A DNA stretch of 32,000 bases from Wolbachia endosymbiont of Onchocerca ochengi. Its GTDB lineage: Bacteria > Pseudomonadota > Alphaproteobacteria > Rickettsiales > Anaplasmataceae. Below the pieces are notes generated by a model that was given only the letters and a program-made list of their open reading frames with translations, was not told where the DNA came from and did no database searches. The first letter of the stretch is position 1. Every line of letters begins with the position of its first letter. The stretch covers positions 810,001-842,000 of the forward strand of contig NC_018267.1 of assembly GCF_000306885.1 (NCBI RefSeq), given 5' to 3'. Below are positions 21,916 to 32,000 of the stretch, one piece after another. The position numbers were made by a program, and so were the translations under genes.

Positions 21916-22734
21916 CTATTCCATTGTATGCGGCTTCAGCTCATTAACATGTAAACTCTTCAGTCCTACCTTATAGTTAGGATAAATTAGAGAGATACTA
22001 AAATCTTTTTTAATTTTAATATTACTCACTTTTTTTGATCCTAAGTAAAAACTTTGTGCATAATCTGGCAAAGAAGAAATTTCTATCAACTCTGGAATGC
22101 TAACATTTAGAAGTTTGGCTGCATATGTTACCACCTCAGATTGTGTAGCAGGTAAATTGTCTGCACAGTTATATATTTCTCCAGGTTTTATATTCAGCAT
22201 GGAAGAAAATAGAATATTAGATATATCTTCAACGTGAATACGAGAGAAAAGATGCCCTTCTTTTCGCACATTTCTTGCTTTATTAACTTGTAAGTCAACT
22301 AGTACGTTTCTGCCAGGACCGTATATTCCAGCTAAACGAAAAACATGTACAGGTAACTTGCTATTTAGCCATTTCTTTTCGGATTTAAGGCGGCTTTTTC
22401 CTCTGCTTTCTACAGGTTTTGTTTCAGATTCTTCTGTAACCCAATTACCAGCGTGATCACCATAGACGCTAGTTGTGGACAAATAGCCAAGCCATTTAAT
22501 ATTTTGAAGGTAATGACCATATCTCTCTAGCACATCATCACCATCCGGTGGAATGGAAACTAAGACATGTGTTACGTCTTGAAATGTATCTTTGCTTACT
22601 TTTTTGTAATTAAAAAGATTAATGCTTTGTACATCTTGACTCTTCGAAGTACCGCTGATTTTCCAATCTAAACTCAGTAAAATTTTTGATAAAAATTTAG
22701 CTACATACCCATAACCAAAACAAAATAAATGCAT
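21916..22734 (-). CDS. NAD-dependent epimerase/dehydratase (SDR) family protein
   Basis: MHLFCFGYGYVAKFLSKILLSLDWKISGTSKS Rossmann-like start, YLSTTSVYGDHAGNWVTE, VHVFRLAGIYGPGRN, FSRIHVEDI. Confidence 0.85.
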   Translation of the reverse strand: MHLFCFGYGYVAKFLSKILLSLDWKISGTSKSQDVQSINLFNYKKVSKDTFQDVTHVLVSIPPDGDDVLERYGHYLQNIKWLGYLSTTSVYGDHAGNWVTEESETKPVESRGKSRLKSEKKWLNSKLPVHVFRLAGIYGPGRNVLVDLQVNKARNVRKEGHLFSRIHVEDISNILFSSMLNIKPGEIYNCADNLPATQSEVVTYAAKLLNVSIPELIEISSLPDYAQSFYLGSKKVSNIKIKKDFSISLIYPNYKVGLKSLHVNELKPHTME

Positions 22735-22739
22735 AGAAA

Positions 22740-23420
22740 CTAATTTTTAAAATTTTTCTTAATAAACTCTACACCTAATTTTATTCCCTCTTCATTGATA
22801 ATATGTCCTAATCCATGAATTGGGTACCCCTCGACATTTATTCCATTTTTCTTTAGAGCTTTAACCGTTAAGTCAAGAGAAGAAAAAGGCACTATATCAT
22901 CGGCATCACCATGAATAAGACACATATTAGGTTTTGACTTGATATTTGGTGCAACTTTTGAAGGTGAAAGAAATCTACCAGAATATACAACAACCGATGC
23001 ACAAGATTGAGTGCGGGTAAGAGCTGTATGTATCGCAAGCATCGCCCCTTGAGAAAATCCGACTAAAGAAAGCTGTGTATCTTTTAAGCCAAACTTTTTC
23101 AATTTTGTATCAATAAAATGATTTACTATTAACGTGGCATTTTTGACTCCACTGTACAATGCTTCTTCACTGCGATTTTCTAAACTAAACCACTGATAGC
23201 CATCACCTATTTCTCTTTCAAACGGAGCATTTGGTGCTACAAAACACGAGTCATGTAAAGACTTGCTCATAACTTTAGCAAGATGAACAAAGTTATCACC
23301 ACTTGATCCCCAGCCATGTAAACAAACAATCAAATTTTTCTTGTTTCCACTTACACAAATTTCTGGACCTTTAAGTTCAATCATTTCTTTTCTTTTTGTA
23401 TTTATACTTTTATCTAGCAT
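22740..23420 (-). CDS. Phospholipase/carboxylesterase-type alpha/beta hydrolase
   Basis: LIVCLHGWGSSGDNFVHL, nucleophile motif LVGFSQGAMLAIHTA, ...CLIHGDADDIVPF, GLGHIINEEG: Ser-Asp-His triad of this family. Confidence 0.88.
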   Translation of the reverse strand: MLDKSINTKRKEMIELKGPEICVSGNKKNLIVCLHGWGSSGDNFVHLAKVMSKSLHDSCFVAPNAPFEREIGDGYQWFSLENRSEEALYSGVKNATLIVNHFIDTKLKKFGLKDTQLSLVGFSQGAMLAIHTALTRTQSCASVVVYSGRFLSPSKVAPNIKSKPNMCLIHGDADDIVPFSSLDLTVKALKKNGINVEGYPIHGLGHIINEEGIKLGVEFIKKNFKN

Positions 23421-23536
23421 TAATTTGTGCTTTTGTAAAAGCTATATTCAATGTTCTCATTATTAATGAGAAAAGGAAATTATGTTTGTGTAACGGGTTA
23501 TTTAGGTATATATTATAAACTTATTTAACAAAAATT

Positions 23537-23836
23537 ATGAATATCGACGATAAAGCAGTTTTAAAAATTTATAAACCAACAAAAACTGCAACCCAATCTG
23601 GTTTGGGTAACACACGTTTTTGGTATCTAAAAATTAAGCCAGATTCCTATTATATTGAACCTTTGATGGGGTGGGTAGGTTCAAAAAATCCAAAAAACCA
23701 AATCATATTAAAGTTTAATTCCCTTGAACAAGCAATATCATATGCAAAAAAACGCAACGTTAAATTCATAATTGAAATGCCAAAAAGTATTAGGAGGTTA
23801 CCAAAATCTTACGCAAGTAATTTTACATCAAAGTAA
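23537..23836 (+). CDS. NDUFS4-like (ETC complex I 18 kDa subunit family) protein
   Basis: 99 aa: AVLKIYKPTKTATQSGLGNTRFWYLKI...EPLMGWVGSKNPKNQIILKFNSLEQAISYAKKRNVKFIIEMP. The GW..S.D....-like and YA....Y motifs resemble the alphaproteobacterial NDUFS4 family. Confidence 0.85.
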   Translation: MNIDDKAVLKIYKPTKTATQSGLGNTRFWYLKIKPDSYYIEPLMGWVGSKNPKNQIILKFNSLEQAISYAKKRNVKFIIEMPKSIRRLPKSYASNFTSK

Positions 23837-24889
23837 GTTTTATTGTAGTTTAAATCTTATGGATGCTTTTATGTACATAAATGGTATCACCACAGTGTCA
23901 GTTACTTGGATGATAGGAAGAACTTATTATAACACTGATACCTGTAAATTTATTGCGCGATTTTTGTGAATGAAAATGAACTCCTTTTAAAGATAGTTCT
24001 AGGGAAAATTACTTAATTTTAAAAGTAACCTTAGAAATATATACAAAGGGTATCAAGAGCAGTAATGTAGTATATCATCACTCTTTTATATTTTTATATT
24101 GAAATATGATGACTCCATTGATAAACCATACAAAATTACCAAAGTTGCTTTTATATCGTTGTATGATAAAAGTAATAAAATACCAACTCTTAGTGAAATC
24201 CTGTAACAGCACTAAACCATTTTTGCCACCTTTATTACTACCCTGCATTGAAAAAGGGAAAGAAGATTTAAAGTTTGAAATTTGCAATTATAAATGGTAA
24301 AAAAAATTAAGTAAGTATGATATGGATTACATTTTATACAAAAGTTTCTTCAAGGAAGCAAAAACAGGTCGTATAAGTAATATAACTCCTTTGTCTATTT
24401 TAATGATAAATTAGTAAACATAGAACTTCAACATATCTTATACCAGGAAACTTCTGGCAGTGGTGTTAAATAAAGCATATTGAAAGCATTTTCTCAGTAA
24501 AACCTAAGAACTTATTAGTATATAGCACAAAATAAGAATGGTAAATACTATTTTGAACAGAAAATAAATATTATTGATTCACGAGATAATAAAGTGTTGC
24601 AAAAAGCATAATATCTTACAGTACAGAAGAAGCAGAAAAGCAACAGCAAATGATATACATATACTATCTAATATACTAGATGATATATTATCATCAAGTA
24701 AGTGCATTTATTAAATTTCTCACAAAAGGTCCCATAGGTAAACAACTAAAAACTCTTACTAACACTACTATACTAATGACAAACTTATAAACTCTATAGA
24801 AAAGTACTTAACCGACGACCAGTCAAGGCTTGGTAGATTATTGTTAATCACTGACTACAAATCTAGTTTAGAAATTAAACGAAACAAAA

Positions 24890-25370
24890 CTGAAAATCAT
24901 TTCTCTATATTTAAATGAAGATCGACTCTTATCTTTTATTAAAGTATTGAAACCAAATCAGATAAAAAACACCTGATCTAATTTAAAAGCAAATCAGTCC
25001 AGAGTACTTGTTTAAAATATAGACTATCATCAACTTGTAGAACTAGCAAAAGATTTAGCTGAATAATATTTAACCATTCTTCCTAAAGAACGAGTAATTA
25101 CTAAATTTAAGTTCTAGTAGACATTTTAGAGAAAGATAAATTAAGAGCTTTAATTAATAAGCTAGATTACTATAAACTCAAAATGGTAGCTCAAAATCTA
25201 ACTGATCCTAGAAAAATTAAAGTTATAATTAATTCTATAATTGATGAGAAACCCTAAACTTTCATTCAGAGCGTACATAATAAGCAATTAGCAAAACTTC
25301 TAAATAATCTCGATGCAAAAGAGCTTAAAGATATCTATTAACAAGCTATCTTACGAGAAGAATGTTTTAC
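24890..25370 (+). pseudogene. Degraded alpha-helical, possibly repeat-containing gene of unknown family
   Basis: Successive plus-strand segments separated by stops/frameshifts: NEDRLLSFIKVLKPNQIKNT; NIDYHQLVELAKDLAE*YLTILPKERVITKFKF; DILEKDKLRALINKLDYYKLKMVAQNLTDPRKIKVIINSIIDEKP; SVHNKQLAKLLNNLDAKELKDIY*QAILREECFT. Confidence 0.5.
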
Positions 25371-26424
25371 CCCGTGATTGGTATAACCTTAGGCAACCAA
25401 GATCAATCCAAAGCTATTATTGAAAAGTTGAAAGAGAAATTTAAGAAGATGAAGTGAGAAGTTGAAGGAGATTACTTTTAGTAAAGTTGACTAAATGCAC
25501 TTTAGAGAGAGAGAGAAAGATTTTTGAAAGTGTAATAATGTTTCTCCTCAAGATTACAATTCTGAACCTCATAGAGAAGCATGACATATATTTAACATTA
25601 ACCCAAACATCATAAATTAGTATTTATAAGCCTAAAGAGAAAGTACTGTAGTGTCGAGGGCTGGTTTAAAATTTTTGAACAACATTTTGAGTAATTTATA
25701 TGTATAATAATTTATAGAATAAAGTTCAATCCTTGAAGAGGAATGATGCTTATAGCAGTACAAGGAAAAAGACTAATGAAAAAGCAATAGGTCAGATTAT
25801 GAGAATATCGATCTTGTTATGCTAAAATAAATACTGACAAGTATGTAACAGACTTGAAAAAAGTAGCAAAAAAGAAATTGTTAGTACTTTAAGTACTGGG
25901 TTACAAACAGTACAAGCCTAAATCTAAGAGACACTATTGATAATAGTTAAAGATTTGATAAAAAATCTTAGTAACTTTAAATAGTAATTAACTGGCTTTT
26001 AATGAGGAAAAACTAGCATTTTTCAGATCTATATAAATGTAACATATAAAATTATAGCTGTACCAGCTAAATATCTAAAAGGATTGCGTATAAGTGATCC
26101 ACATTTAGAGCTTTAGCAATTCATTTACTTTGGCTTATCATTACAACGGCAGCTAAACGGCCAACTAAATATCTACCTGTTGTTGGTTAAAGAAGAATGG
26201 AATAATTAACGGGAAAACTCACAAAAATAAGACCTATTACGTATTAAGTGATATGTACGCAAGTAGAGAAAACTTTGATAATGTCGATTTACTACTAGAT
26301 TATGTTATAAACATACTTCTCAAAATAAAACACGTTTATACTAACTATATTTACGGAATTCTGCAATTTAAATTTTGCTTACATTGTGTTACAATGTGTA
26401 TAATTCATATTCTTAAATGAAAAA

Positions 26425-26988
26425 ATGGTAAATACGCAAGATCTATTAACGTTGATGAAAATAAGGCACAGCGGGTGCTTATATGATCCGGATAAAGTAG
26501 TAAATCAGGAGGAGATCAATTCTCTGATAGAAGCAGCTCGGCTTTCTCCTTCATGTTTTGGTGATGAACCTTGGAGATACGTAATATGTAATAAGCAGAG
26601 TAATCAAAGTTCATGGAAAAAGTTACTGAGTTGCCTTAATGAATCCAATCAAAAATGGGCGAAAAATGCGCAAGTATTAATTATATCATTAAGTGCTAAA
26701 AATTTCCGAGAGCTGGATAAGGGGGAGAATTTTTGGGCTAAGCATGACACTGGTGCAGCAAATTATGCACTTATGTTACAGGCCGCATCTACAAACTTAA
26801 TGGCACATCAAGTAGGTGGCTTTGATAGAAACAAAATAGTAAAAAAATTTAATATACCTAATGATTTTAATATAACATCGGTGATAGCGGTTGGTTACGA
26901 AGAAGAAGGTGCTGAAATTAAGGAAAAAAAAAGAAGGCCAGTAGAAGAAATATTCTTTTATGATGAGTGGCCCAGTGAACTGACTTGA
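26425..26988 (+). CDS. Nitroreductase family protein
   Basis: 187 aa; MKIRHSGCLYDPDKVVNQEEINSLIEAARLSPSCFGDEPWRYVIC..., DTGAANYALMLQAASTNLMAHQVGGFDRNKI..FNIPNDFNITSVIAVGY: nitroreductase fold signatures. Confidence 0.93.
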   Translation: MVNTQDLLTLMKIRHSGCLYDPDKVVNQEEINSLIEAARLSPSCFGDEPWRYVICNKQSNQSSWKKLLSCLNESNQKWAKNAQVLIISLSAKNFRELDKGENFWAKHDTGAANYALMLQAASTNLMAHQVGGFDRNKIVKKFNIPNDFNITSVIAVGYEEEGAEIKEKKRRPVEEIFFYDEWPSELT

Positions 26989-27559
26989 CCACTTTTCTGT
27001 TAATACTATAAAATATGGTTGTTTAGTAAGTAGGTTTTCTCATTTTTCTTTCTTGAACTTCTTGTCAAGATTTTCATAAAATTATTTATTTTTAAACCCG
27101 TAATTCATGCTACTTTATATATCTTCGCAAAAGTTATAAATAGCAGAATACCAATTATTTCATTAAAAACAGGAGCCTTCAGATAGTATTTCAGCACTTT
27201 TAAATAGCAATGTTATCAAATCCTTTAATAAGGATCTCATATAATTTGGTATATTATACTTTTCTTAAAAAACTTTTATGGTTCTCATATATGATTTTAA
27301 CTTACCTTTATTTCAATGCTCTACTTTGTTTGTTTAAAAGGATGAATATATCTCAGATAGGAAAATTTTCTCTAGGTTTACTTTAAGATAAGCAAAAGGT
27401 TTGTATATATAGAATGAATAAAGAATATTTTGATCGTCAATTGATTTTGTTCATCAAAAGCACTGAGATCAGTATAGCTACTGCTATTAAAATTACAGAT
27501 GTTGCTTAGTCAACATTGCGAATGCTTCTGATAATAAGATTATAAAAATTAAACAAATG

Positions 27560-27990
27560 ATTTTTGGATTTCATCTTAATAGTTTACTTAGTAAGTATCA
27601 GGAGCCTGAATACTAAATCGTCTTCTAGATATAGTTCATTTGAGATTCTATATCGAATAATAGCAGAATGATTTTCAATCCTTTTTGCAAAGTCTTGCCA
27701 AAGTTTTGCTGCTTGTTTTTGAGAAACTTAACTTAGTTATATAAATAATCTTTGTCATTGTTATTTTTGCTTCCGCCTTAAACCAAATAAACTTAGGTTA
27801 TCAAAAGTATCTAAAATATTTTTTAGTACTATCAGATCTTTAGAAAGCAGATTCTTGACAAGAACCTACATTACCAAGAGGAAAGTTACACTGCATAGCT
27901 TCAAATTTGTCAAGAGCAGGATGAAAAAAGCTAATTTTAGAACTCTGCTGCTTTAATTAGTCCATTACTAATTTTTCTATTAGAAACACT
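27560..27990 (-). pseudogene. Possible degraded gene, unknown family
   Basis: Minus-strand coding-like segments: FFHPALDKFEAMQCNFPLGNVGSCQESAF and VSQKQAAKLWQDFAKRIENHSAIIRYRISNELYLEDDLVFRLLILTK, in broken frames. Confidence 0.35.
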
Positions 27991-28133
27991 TTCTTCCTTT
28001 CCAACTTAAGTTCAGCTGAAAGAGCATTTCACTATTGCTTGACATTAACTTAGCATCTACACTACAAAAAACTATAGCGTATAAAACAGCTATAATCAGA
28101 AAAGAAGTTTTTGTTTATATAGTCTTTGCTATA

Positions 28134-28928
28134 ATGGTGAGCAGTTTAACAGACAAAATTCCCTACGTAAAAATGCATGGTACTGGTAATAACTTTGTTA
28201 TCATAGACTCACGTTCAACAAACAATTTAGAATGGAGCTATAGGGAAATTGCCAACCAAAATGGCTGCGATCAAGTTATAGTTATCACTAACTCTAGTAT
28301 AGCTGATTGCTTCATGCACATTTATAACGCTGATGGTAGCAAAGTTGAAATCTGTGGAAATGCAGCGCGTTGTGTTGGATATTTAATAATGTTAGAAAAA
28401 GGTACTGAGTACTCTACCATTGAGCTAGTAAATAAGCGTATTTTAGAGTGTTTTAAAGTCGGTAATAAATTAATAAAGGTTAATATGGGCAAGCCCTTGT
28501 TTAAATGGTATGAGATTCCTCTATCCATTGAATGTGATACTCTTCACTTACCTATAGAATTTGAGATGCTTAAGGATCCAGTTGCAGTAAATATTGGCAA
28601 TCCCCATATAATCTTTTTTGTCGATAATATAGGTACAATACCATTACTAAATTTGGGACCAAAGTTGGAAAATCATGCATTCTTTCCAAAAAAAACTAAT
28701 GTTAGTATTGCACAAATTGAAAAATCTGGAGAAATAACTTTGAGAGTCTGGGAAAGAGGTACAGGTACTACTGCTTCATGTAGTAGCGCAGCTTGCGCAG
28801 TATTTGTTGCATCTGTACTTCGTAAGTATCTGCCTACTAAGCAAACTTCAGTAAATTCACCAGGAGGGAACTTACTAATCGAATGGGTAAATAATGTATT
28901 TGTAGTTGGTAATATAGGGTTTCTATAA
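28134..28928 (+). CDS. dapF: Diaminopimelate epimerase
   Basis: IPYVKMHGTGNNFVIIDSR, CGNAARCVGY, NIGNPHIIFFVDN, RVWERGTGTTASCSSAACAV. The track ORF begins at TTG 28035; ATG at 28134 gives the canonical N-terminus. Confidence 0.96.
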   Translation: MVSSLTDKIPYVKMHGTGNNFVIIDSRSTNNLEWSYREIANQNGCDQVIVITNSSIADCFMHIYNADGSKVEICGNAARCVGYLIMLEKGTEYSTIELVNKRILECFKVGNKLIKVNMGKPLFKWYEIPLSIECDTLHLPIEFEMLKDPVAVNIGNPHIIFFVDNIGTIPLLNLGPKLENHAFFPKKTNVSIAQIEKSGEITLRVWERGTGTTASCSSAACAVFVASVLRKYLPTKQTSVNSPGGNLLIEWVNNVFVVGNIGFL

Positions 28929-28935
28929 CAATACT

Positions 28936-29814
28936 TTAAACTTGATGCATTACTTCCAAGATTTTTTTACCAATCACCGCTGGAGTTTCTGCAATTGCAA
29001 TTCTAGCACTTTTCATAACCTCTAACTTTGCAGCAGCACTTTCGCCACTAGAAGAAATAATAGCCCCAGCGTGCCCCATGCGCTTTCCTGGAGGTGCTGT
29101 TTGACCAGCTACAAATCCAACAATTGGCTTTTTAGTTTTCTCTTCCTTTACAAAACTCGACACATCTTCTTCTTCGTTCCCACCTATTTCACCAATAATT
29201 ACAATGCCATGGGTATCTTCATCTTTCAAAAACAGTTCCATACAATCAACAAACGTCATGCCATGAACAGGATCACCTCCAATTCCAATGCATGTTGATT
29301 GACCAAGGCCAACAGTAGTCGTTTGCGCTACTGCTTCATAAGTTAAAGTTCCAGAACGAGATATAATTCCTATATGTCCACGCTTGTGAATATGTCCCGG
29401 CATAATTCCTATTTTACATTCCTCAGGCGTAATAATCCCAGGACAATTTGGCCCAATCAATCTACTTTTTGAACCTACAAGCATATATTTAACTTTTACC
29501 ATATCAAGTATAGGAATGCCCTCTGTAATACAAACTATTAGTTCTATTTCTGCATTTATCGCTTCAAGTATTGCGTCAGCGGCAAACCTAGCAGGTACAT
29601 ATATTACTGTAGCATTTGCACCAGTTTTTTCTTTGGCCTCCGCTACAGTATTAAAAACTGGCAAATCAAGGTGAGTGCTTCCACCTTTGCCAGGAGTTAC
29701 ACCACCAACTATCTTTGTTCCGTAACTAATTGCTTGCTCTGAGTGAAATGTACCCTGTGCACCAGTAAACCCCTGACATATTAATCTTGTATCTTTATTT
29801 ACCAAAATAGACAT
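28936..29814 (-). CDS. sucD: Succinyl-CoA synthetase subunit alpha
   Basis: [93 protein letters not shown]. Confidence 0.98.
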   Translation of the reverse strand: MSILVNKDTRLICQGFTGAQGTFHSEQAISYGTKIVGGVTPGKGGSTHLDLPVFNTVAEAKEKTGANATVIYVPARFAADAILEAINAEIELIVCITEGIPILDMVKVKYMLVGSKSRLIGPNCPGIITPEECKIGIMPGHIHKRGHIGIISRSGTLTYEAVAQTTTVGLGQSTCIGIGGDPVHGMTFVDCMELFLKDEDTHGIVIIGEIGGNEEEDVSSFVKEEKTKKPIVGFVAGQTAPPGKRMGHAGAIISSSGESAAAKLEVMKSARIAIAETPAVIGKKILEVMHQV

Positions 29815-29817
29815 GCT

Positions 29818-30978
29818 TTACTTTACCTCTTTTACTATCTTCTGTGCAGCTTCATCGAGCTCATCCGTAGCAATAATACTTAACCCTGATTTCTCTAAAA
29901 TTCTTTTTCCTTCTTTAAAATTAGTACCTGATAATCTAACCACTAGAGGAACTCCAATACTCATTCCTTTTACAGCTTCAACAATTCCACTTGCAACAAC
30001 ATCACAACGCATTATCCCGCCAAATATGTTAACTAAAATTCCTCTTACGTTACTATCAGACAATATAATCCTAAATGCTTTGGTAACAGCTTCCTTATTT
30101 GCTCCACCGCCAACGTCTAAAAAGTTGGCTGGCTTTGCTCCGTAGTACTTTATTATATCCATTGTTGCCATAGCAAGACCTGCACCATTCACCATGCAAC
30201 CAATATTGCCATCCATTTTTATATAACTAAGCCCATGTTTTGAGGCTTCTATTTCTTCCTTTACTTCTTCATCATAATCACGGAGTTGCGCAATTTCTGG
30301 ATGACGGTATAAAGCATTGTCATCAAAATCAATCTTTGCATCGAGCGCAACAAAATCTCTAGAATCTGTCTCAGCTAGTGGATTAATCTCTATTTGATTT
30401 GCGTCAGTTGCAATAAATGCATTATATACACTTTTTGCAACACTTGTTATTTTTTTTATTTGTTCTGGACTTAAATTAAGACTACTGCTTAACTTTCTAC
30501 TATCAAAACTTGCAAAACCAGAAGCAGGACTAATATCGAGCTTCACTATTTTCATAGGAGAGCTCTTCGCAACTTTTTCAATATCCATTCCACCTTCTGA
30601 AGAAAATATGAATGTTGGCCTGCTAAGTTTTAGATCAACTACTAAACCTAAATAATACTCTTTCTTAATAGTTGAACCCTCTTCAATGTAAACCCTTTTT
30701 ACTTGCTGCCCACTTGGCCCTGTTTGATGAGTTAGCAAAGTCATACCAATCATATCCTTCACAAGCTGTTGAGCTTCTTCAGTTGACTTTGCCAGTCTTA
30801 CACCGCCAGCTTTGCCCCTTCCACCTGCATGAATCTGAGCTTTAACTACAAGTATGTCAGACTTCAGTTGATTTATTTTAGTCTCTATTCCTTCTGCAGA
30901 CGTAGTAACAAAACCGCTTAAAACTGGAACATTAAATTTACGTAAGATCTCTTTTGCTTGATATTCATGAACATTCAT
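29818..30978 (-). CDS. sucC: Succinyl-CoA synthetase subunit beta
   Basis: [80 protein letters not shown]-type sequence, [10 protein letters not shown]. Confidence 0.98.
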   Translation of the reverse strand: MNVHEYQAKEILRKFNVPVLSGFVTTSAEGIETKINQLKSDILVVKAQIHAGGRGKAGGVRLAKSTEEAQQLVKDMIGMTLLTHQTGPSGQQVKRVYIEEGSTIKKEYYLGLVVDLKLSRPTFIFSSEGGMDIEKVAKSSPMKIVKLDISPASGFASFDSRKLSSSLNLSPEQIKKITSVAKSVYNAFIATDANQIEINPLAETDSRDFVALDAKIDFDDNALYRHPEIAQLRDYDEEVKEEIEASKHGLSYIKMDGNIGCMVNGAGLAMATMDIIKYYGAKPANFLDVGGGANKEAVTKAFRIILSDSNVRGILVNIFGGIMRCDVVASGIVEAVKGMSIGVPLVVRLSGTNFKEGKRILEKSGLSIIATDELDEAAQKIVKEVK

Positions 30979-31005
30979 AAAACAACCAATATAAACTATT
31001 AAAAA

Positions 31006-31206
31006 TTATAAACCATAACGCTGTCTTCTACTCTCTTGTTGGCGCCTTTTTTTTTTAACTTCAGCTTTCTTTTTAGCTCTTACTTCTGATTTCTTTTCAT
31101 GATATTGTTTTTTTATTTTTACCCCTCTTCCTTCTTTCTGAATTGTTTTTTTTAATATTGGAAAAGCCCTACTTACATCACCATAATGAACTGATACTTC
31201 AATCAA
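31006..31206 (-). CDS. rpsU: 30S ribosomal protein S21
   Basis: 66 aa MIEVSVHYGDVSRAFPILKKTIQKEGRGVKIKKQYHEKKSEVRAKKKAEVKKKRRQQESRRQR: S21 architecture with basic C-terminus. Confidence 0.88.
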   Translation of the reverse strand: MIEVSVHYGDVSRAFPILKKTIQKEGRGVKIKKQYHEKKSEVRAKKKAEVKKKRRQQESRRQRYGL

Positions 31207-31400
31207 ACTCTACCCCTTGGATAATTACCTCAAAAACCTACTTGTAAATTAGAAAATTAACATTGTCAATTATTTTATAAACTCAAGCATTAAGTTATAA
31301 CATAACTGAACGTTAAATTCTGACTACTAAGAACATCAAAGTCTTTTAACTTACTGTGTATAAAACTATCTCACACTGGAACAATAAGGGTAGGCCAATA

Positions 31401-31904
31401 TTAGTTAAAATTCTCATTACTTATGGTATCTTTTTGTTGTTGACTCTGTTGTTTATACATAGCTTCAAAATCTATAGGATCCAATATAAGAGAAGGAAAC
31501 CCACCACTACTTGTAACCCGTGCAATTATTTCCCTTGCAAAAGGAAAAAGAAAAGTAGGCCCACCTATAAATAAAGCTTGTCTAGCCCCCTCTGCACTTA
31601 GCTTTGCTGAGTTTTCTATTGAAAAAAGACCACAGTATTTCGTTTCACAAATAAAAGCAACACTATCTTTCATACTTTCACTCTCTATCACTGCTTTGAC
31701 TTCTATATGCAAAGTAACTTCATGGAAAGATTTTTCTTCATCATTTTCTTCGTTACTTTCAGCTCCTTTCAACTTCACTGAATTGACATTAACCATTACA
31801 TTAATACTGGGAGCTTCCTTTAAAGAAAGGAATGGTGAATTCGGGTTTTCAAACGATAGATCCTTAATATATTGGCCATGAATTTTTATTTTGTACTGTG
31901 ACAT
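31401..31904 (-). CDS. secB: Protein-export chaperone SecB
   Basis: 167 aa; IHGQYIKDLSFENPNSPFL, VKAVIESESMKDSVAFICETKYCGLFSI, LFPFAREIIARVTSSGGFPSLILDPIDFEAMY: SecB signatures. Confidence 0.97.
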   Translation of the reverse strand: MSQYKIKIHGQYIKDLSFENPNSPFLSLKEAPSINVMVNVNSVKLKGAESNEENDEEKSFHEVTLHIEVKAVIESESMKDSVAFICETKYCGLFSIENSAKLSAEGARQALFIGGPTFLFPFAREIIARVTSSGGFPSLILDPIDFEAMYKQQSQQQKDTISNENFN

Positions 31905-32000
31905 TTCTTACGCCTCCATAATTAAGTTGAAGTATTTAACGTTTTCTTCTACAATATAGTCATTTATAGATAAATAGTAAATCCAAATCGCAGATTGACA

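Noticed and set aside
23772-23969. 65-aa plus-strand ORF overlapping the NDUFS4-like gene end
   Set aside because: First part is an alternate frame of the conserved gene; the rest is AT-rich spacer translation.
24078-24300. Overlapping ORFs 24078..24287 (-) and 24106..24300 (+)
   Set aside because: Mutually antisense short ORFs in AT-rich spacer; neither has recognisable motifs or a convincing start context.
28322-30145. ORFs 28322..28528 (-), 29071..29298 (+), 29813..30145 (+)
   Set aside because: Antisense to dapF, sucD and sucC respectively; no family support.
31356-31881. ORFs 31356..31574 and 31696..31881 (+)
   Set aside because: Antisense to secB; Lys/Pro/Ser-rich noise.
1-32000. Search by eye for CRISPR arrays, transposases/IS ends, group II introns, phage genes and rRNA
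   Set aside because: No regularly spaced repeats, no transposase or reverse-transcriptase motifs and no rRNA-like blocks noticed; a tool-based scan would be needed to exclude small degenerate copies.

Overview
AT-rich window consistent with a Rickettsiales (Anaplasmataceae/Wolbachia-like, possibly filarial-nematode type) endosymbiont chromosome; this assignment is inferred from gene content and protein style, not from a search. It carries conserved housekeeping genes, mostly on the minus strand: rplU-rpmA-tRNA-Ile(GAU), gatB, dnaK, RNase E/G, purB with an overlapping tRNA(CAU), rpsF-rpsR-rplI, dnaE, an SDR epimerase, an alpha/beta hydrolase, sucC-sucD, rpsU and secB. Plus-strand genes are rpmG, a small XRE/HTH protein, an NDUFS4-like protein, a nitroreductase and dapF. 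These are separated by long stretches with no convincing long ORF (about 1-2.0 kb, 2.75-3.9 kb, 10.1-14.9 kb, 24.3-26.4 kb, 27.0-28.0 kb). Several of these stretches contain fragments of frame-broken ancient genes, including a recognisable ankyrin-repeat pseudogene. I found no CRISPR array, no intact mobile element and no clear multi-gene novel system. The most notable points are: (1) the purB ORF has no stop before the tRNA-Met(CAU) gene and terminates on a UAA formed by that tRNA's anticodon loop; (2) ribosomal protein S6 has an insertion of roughly 145 aa; (3) a possible small RNA (TTGACA promoter, hairpin, terminator-like hairpin with T-run) lies antisense in the dnaK-gatB intergenic region; (4) an orphan HigA/XRE-like antitoxin-type protein follows rpmG.
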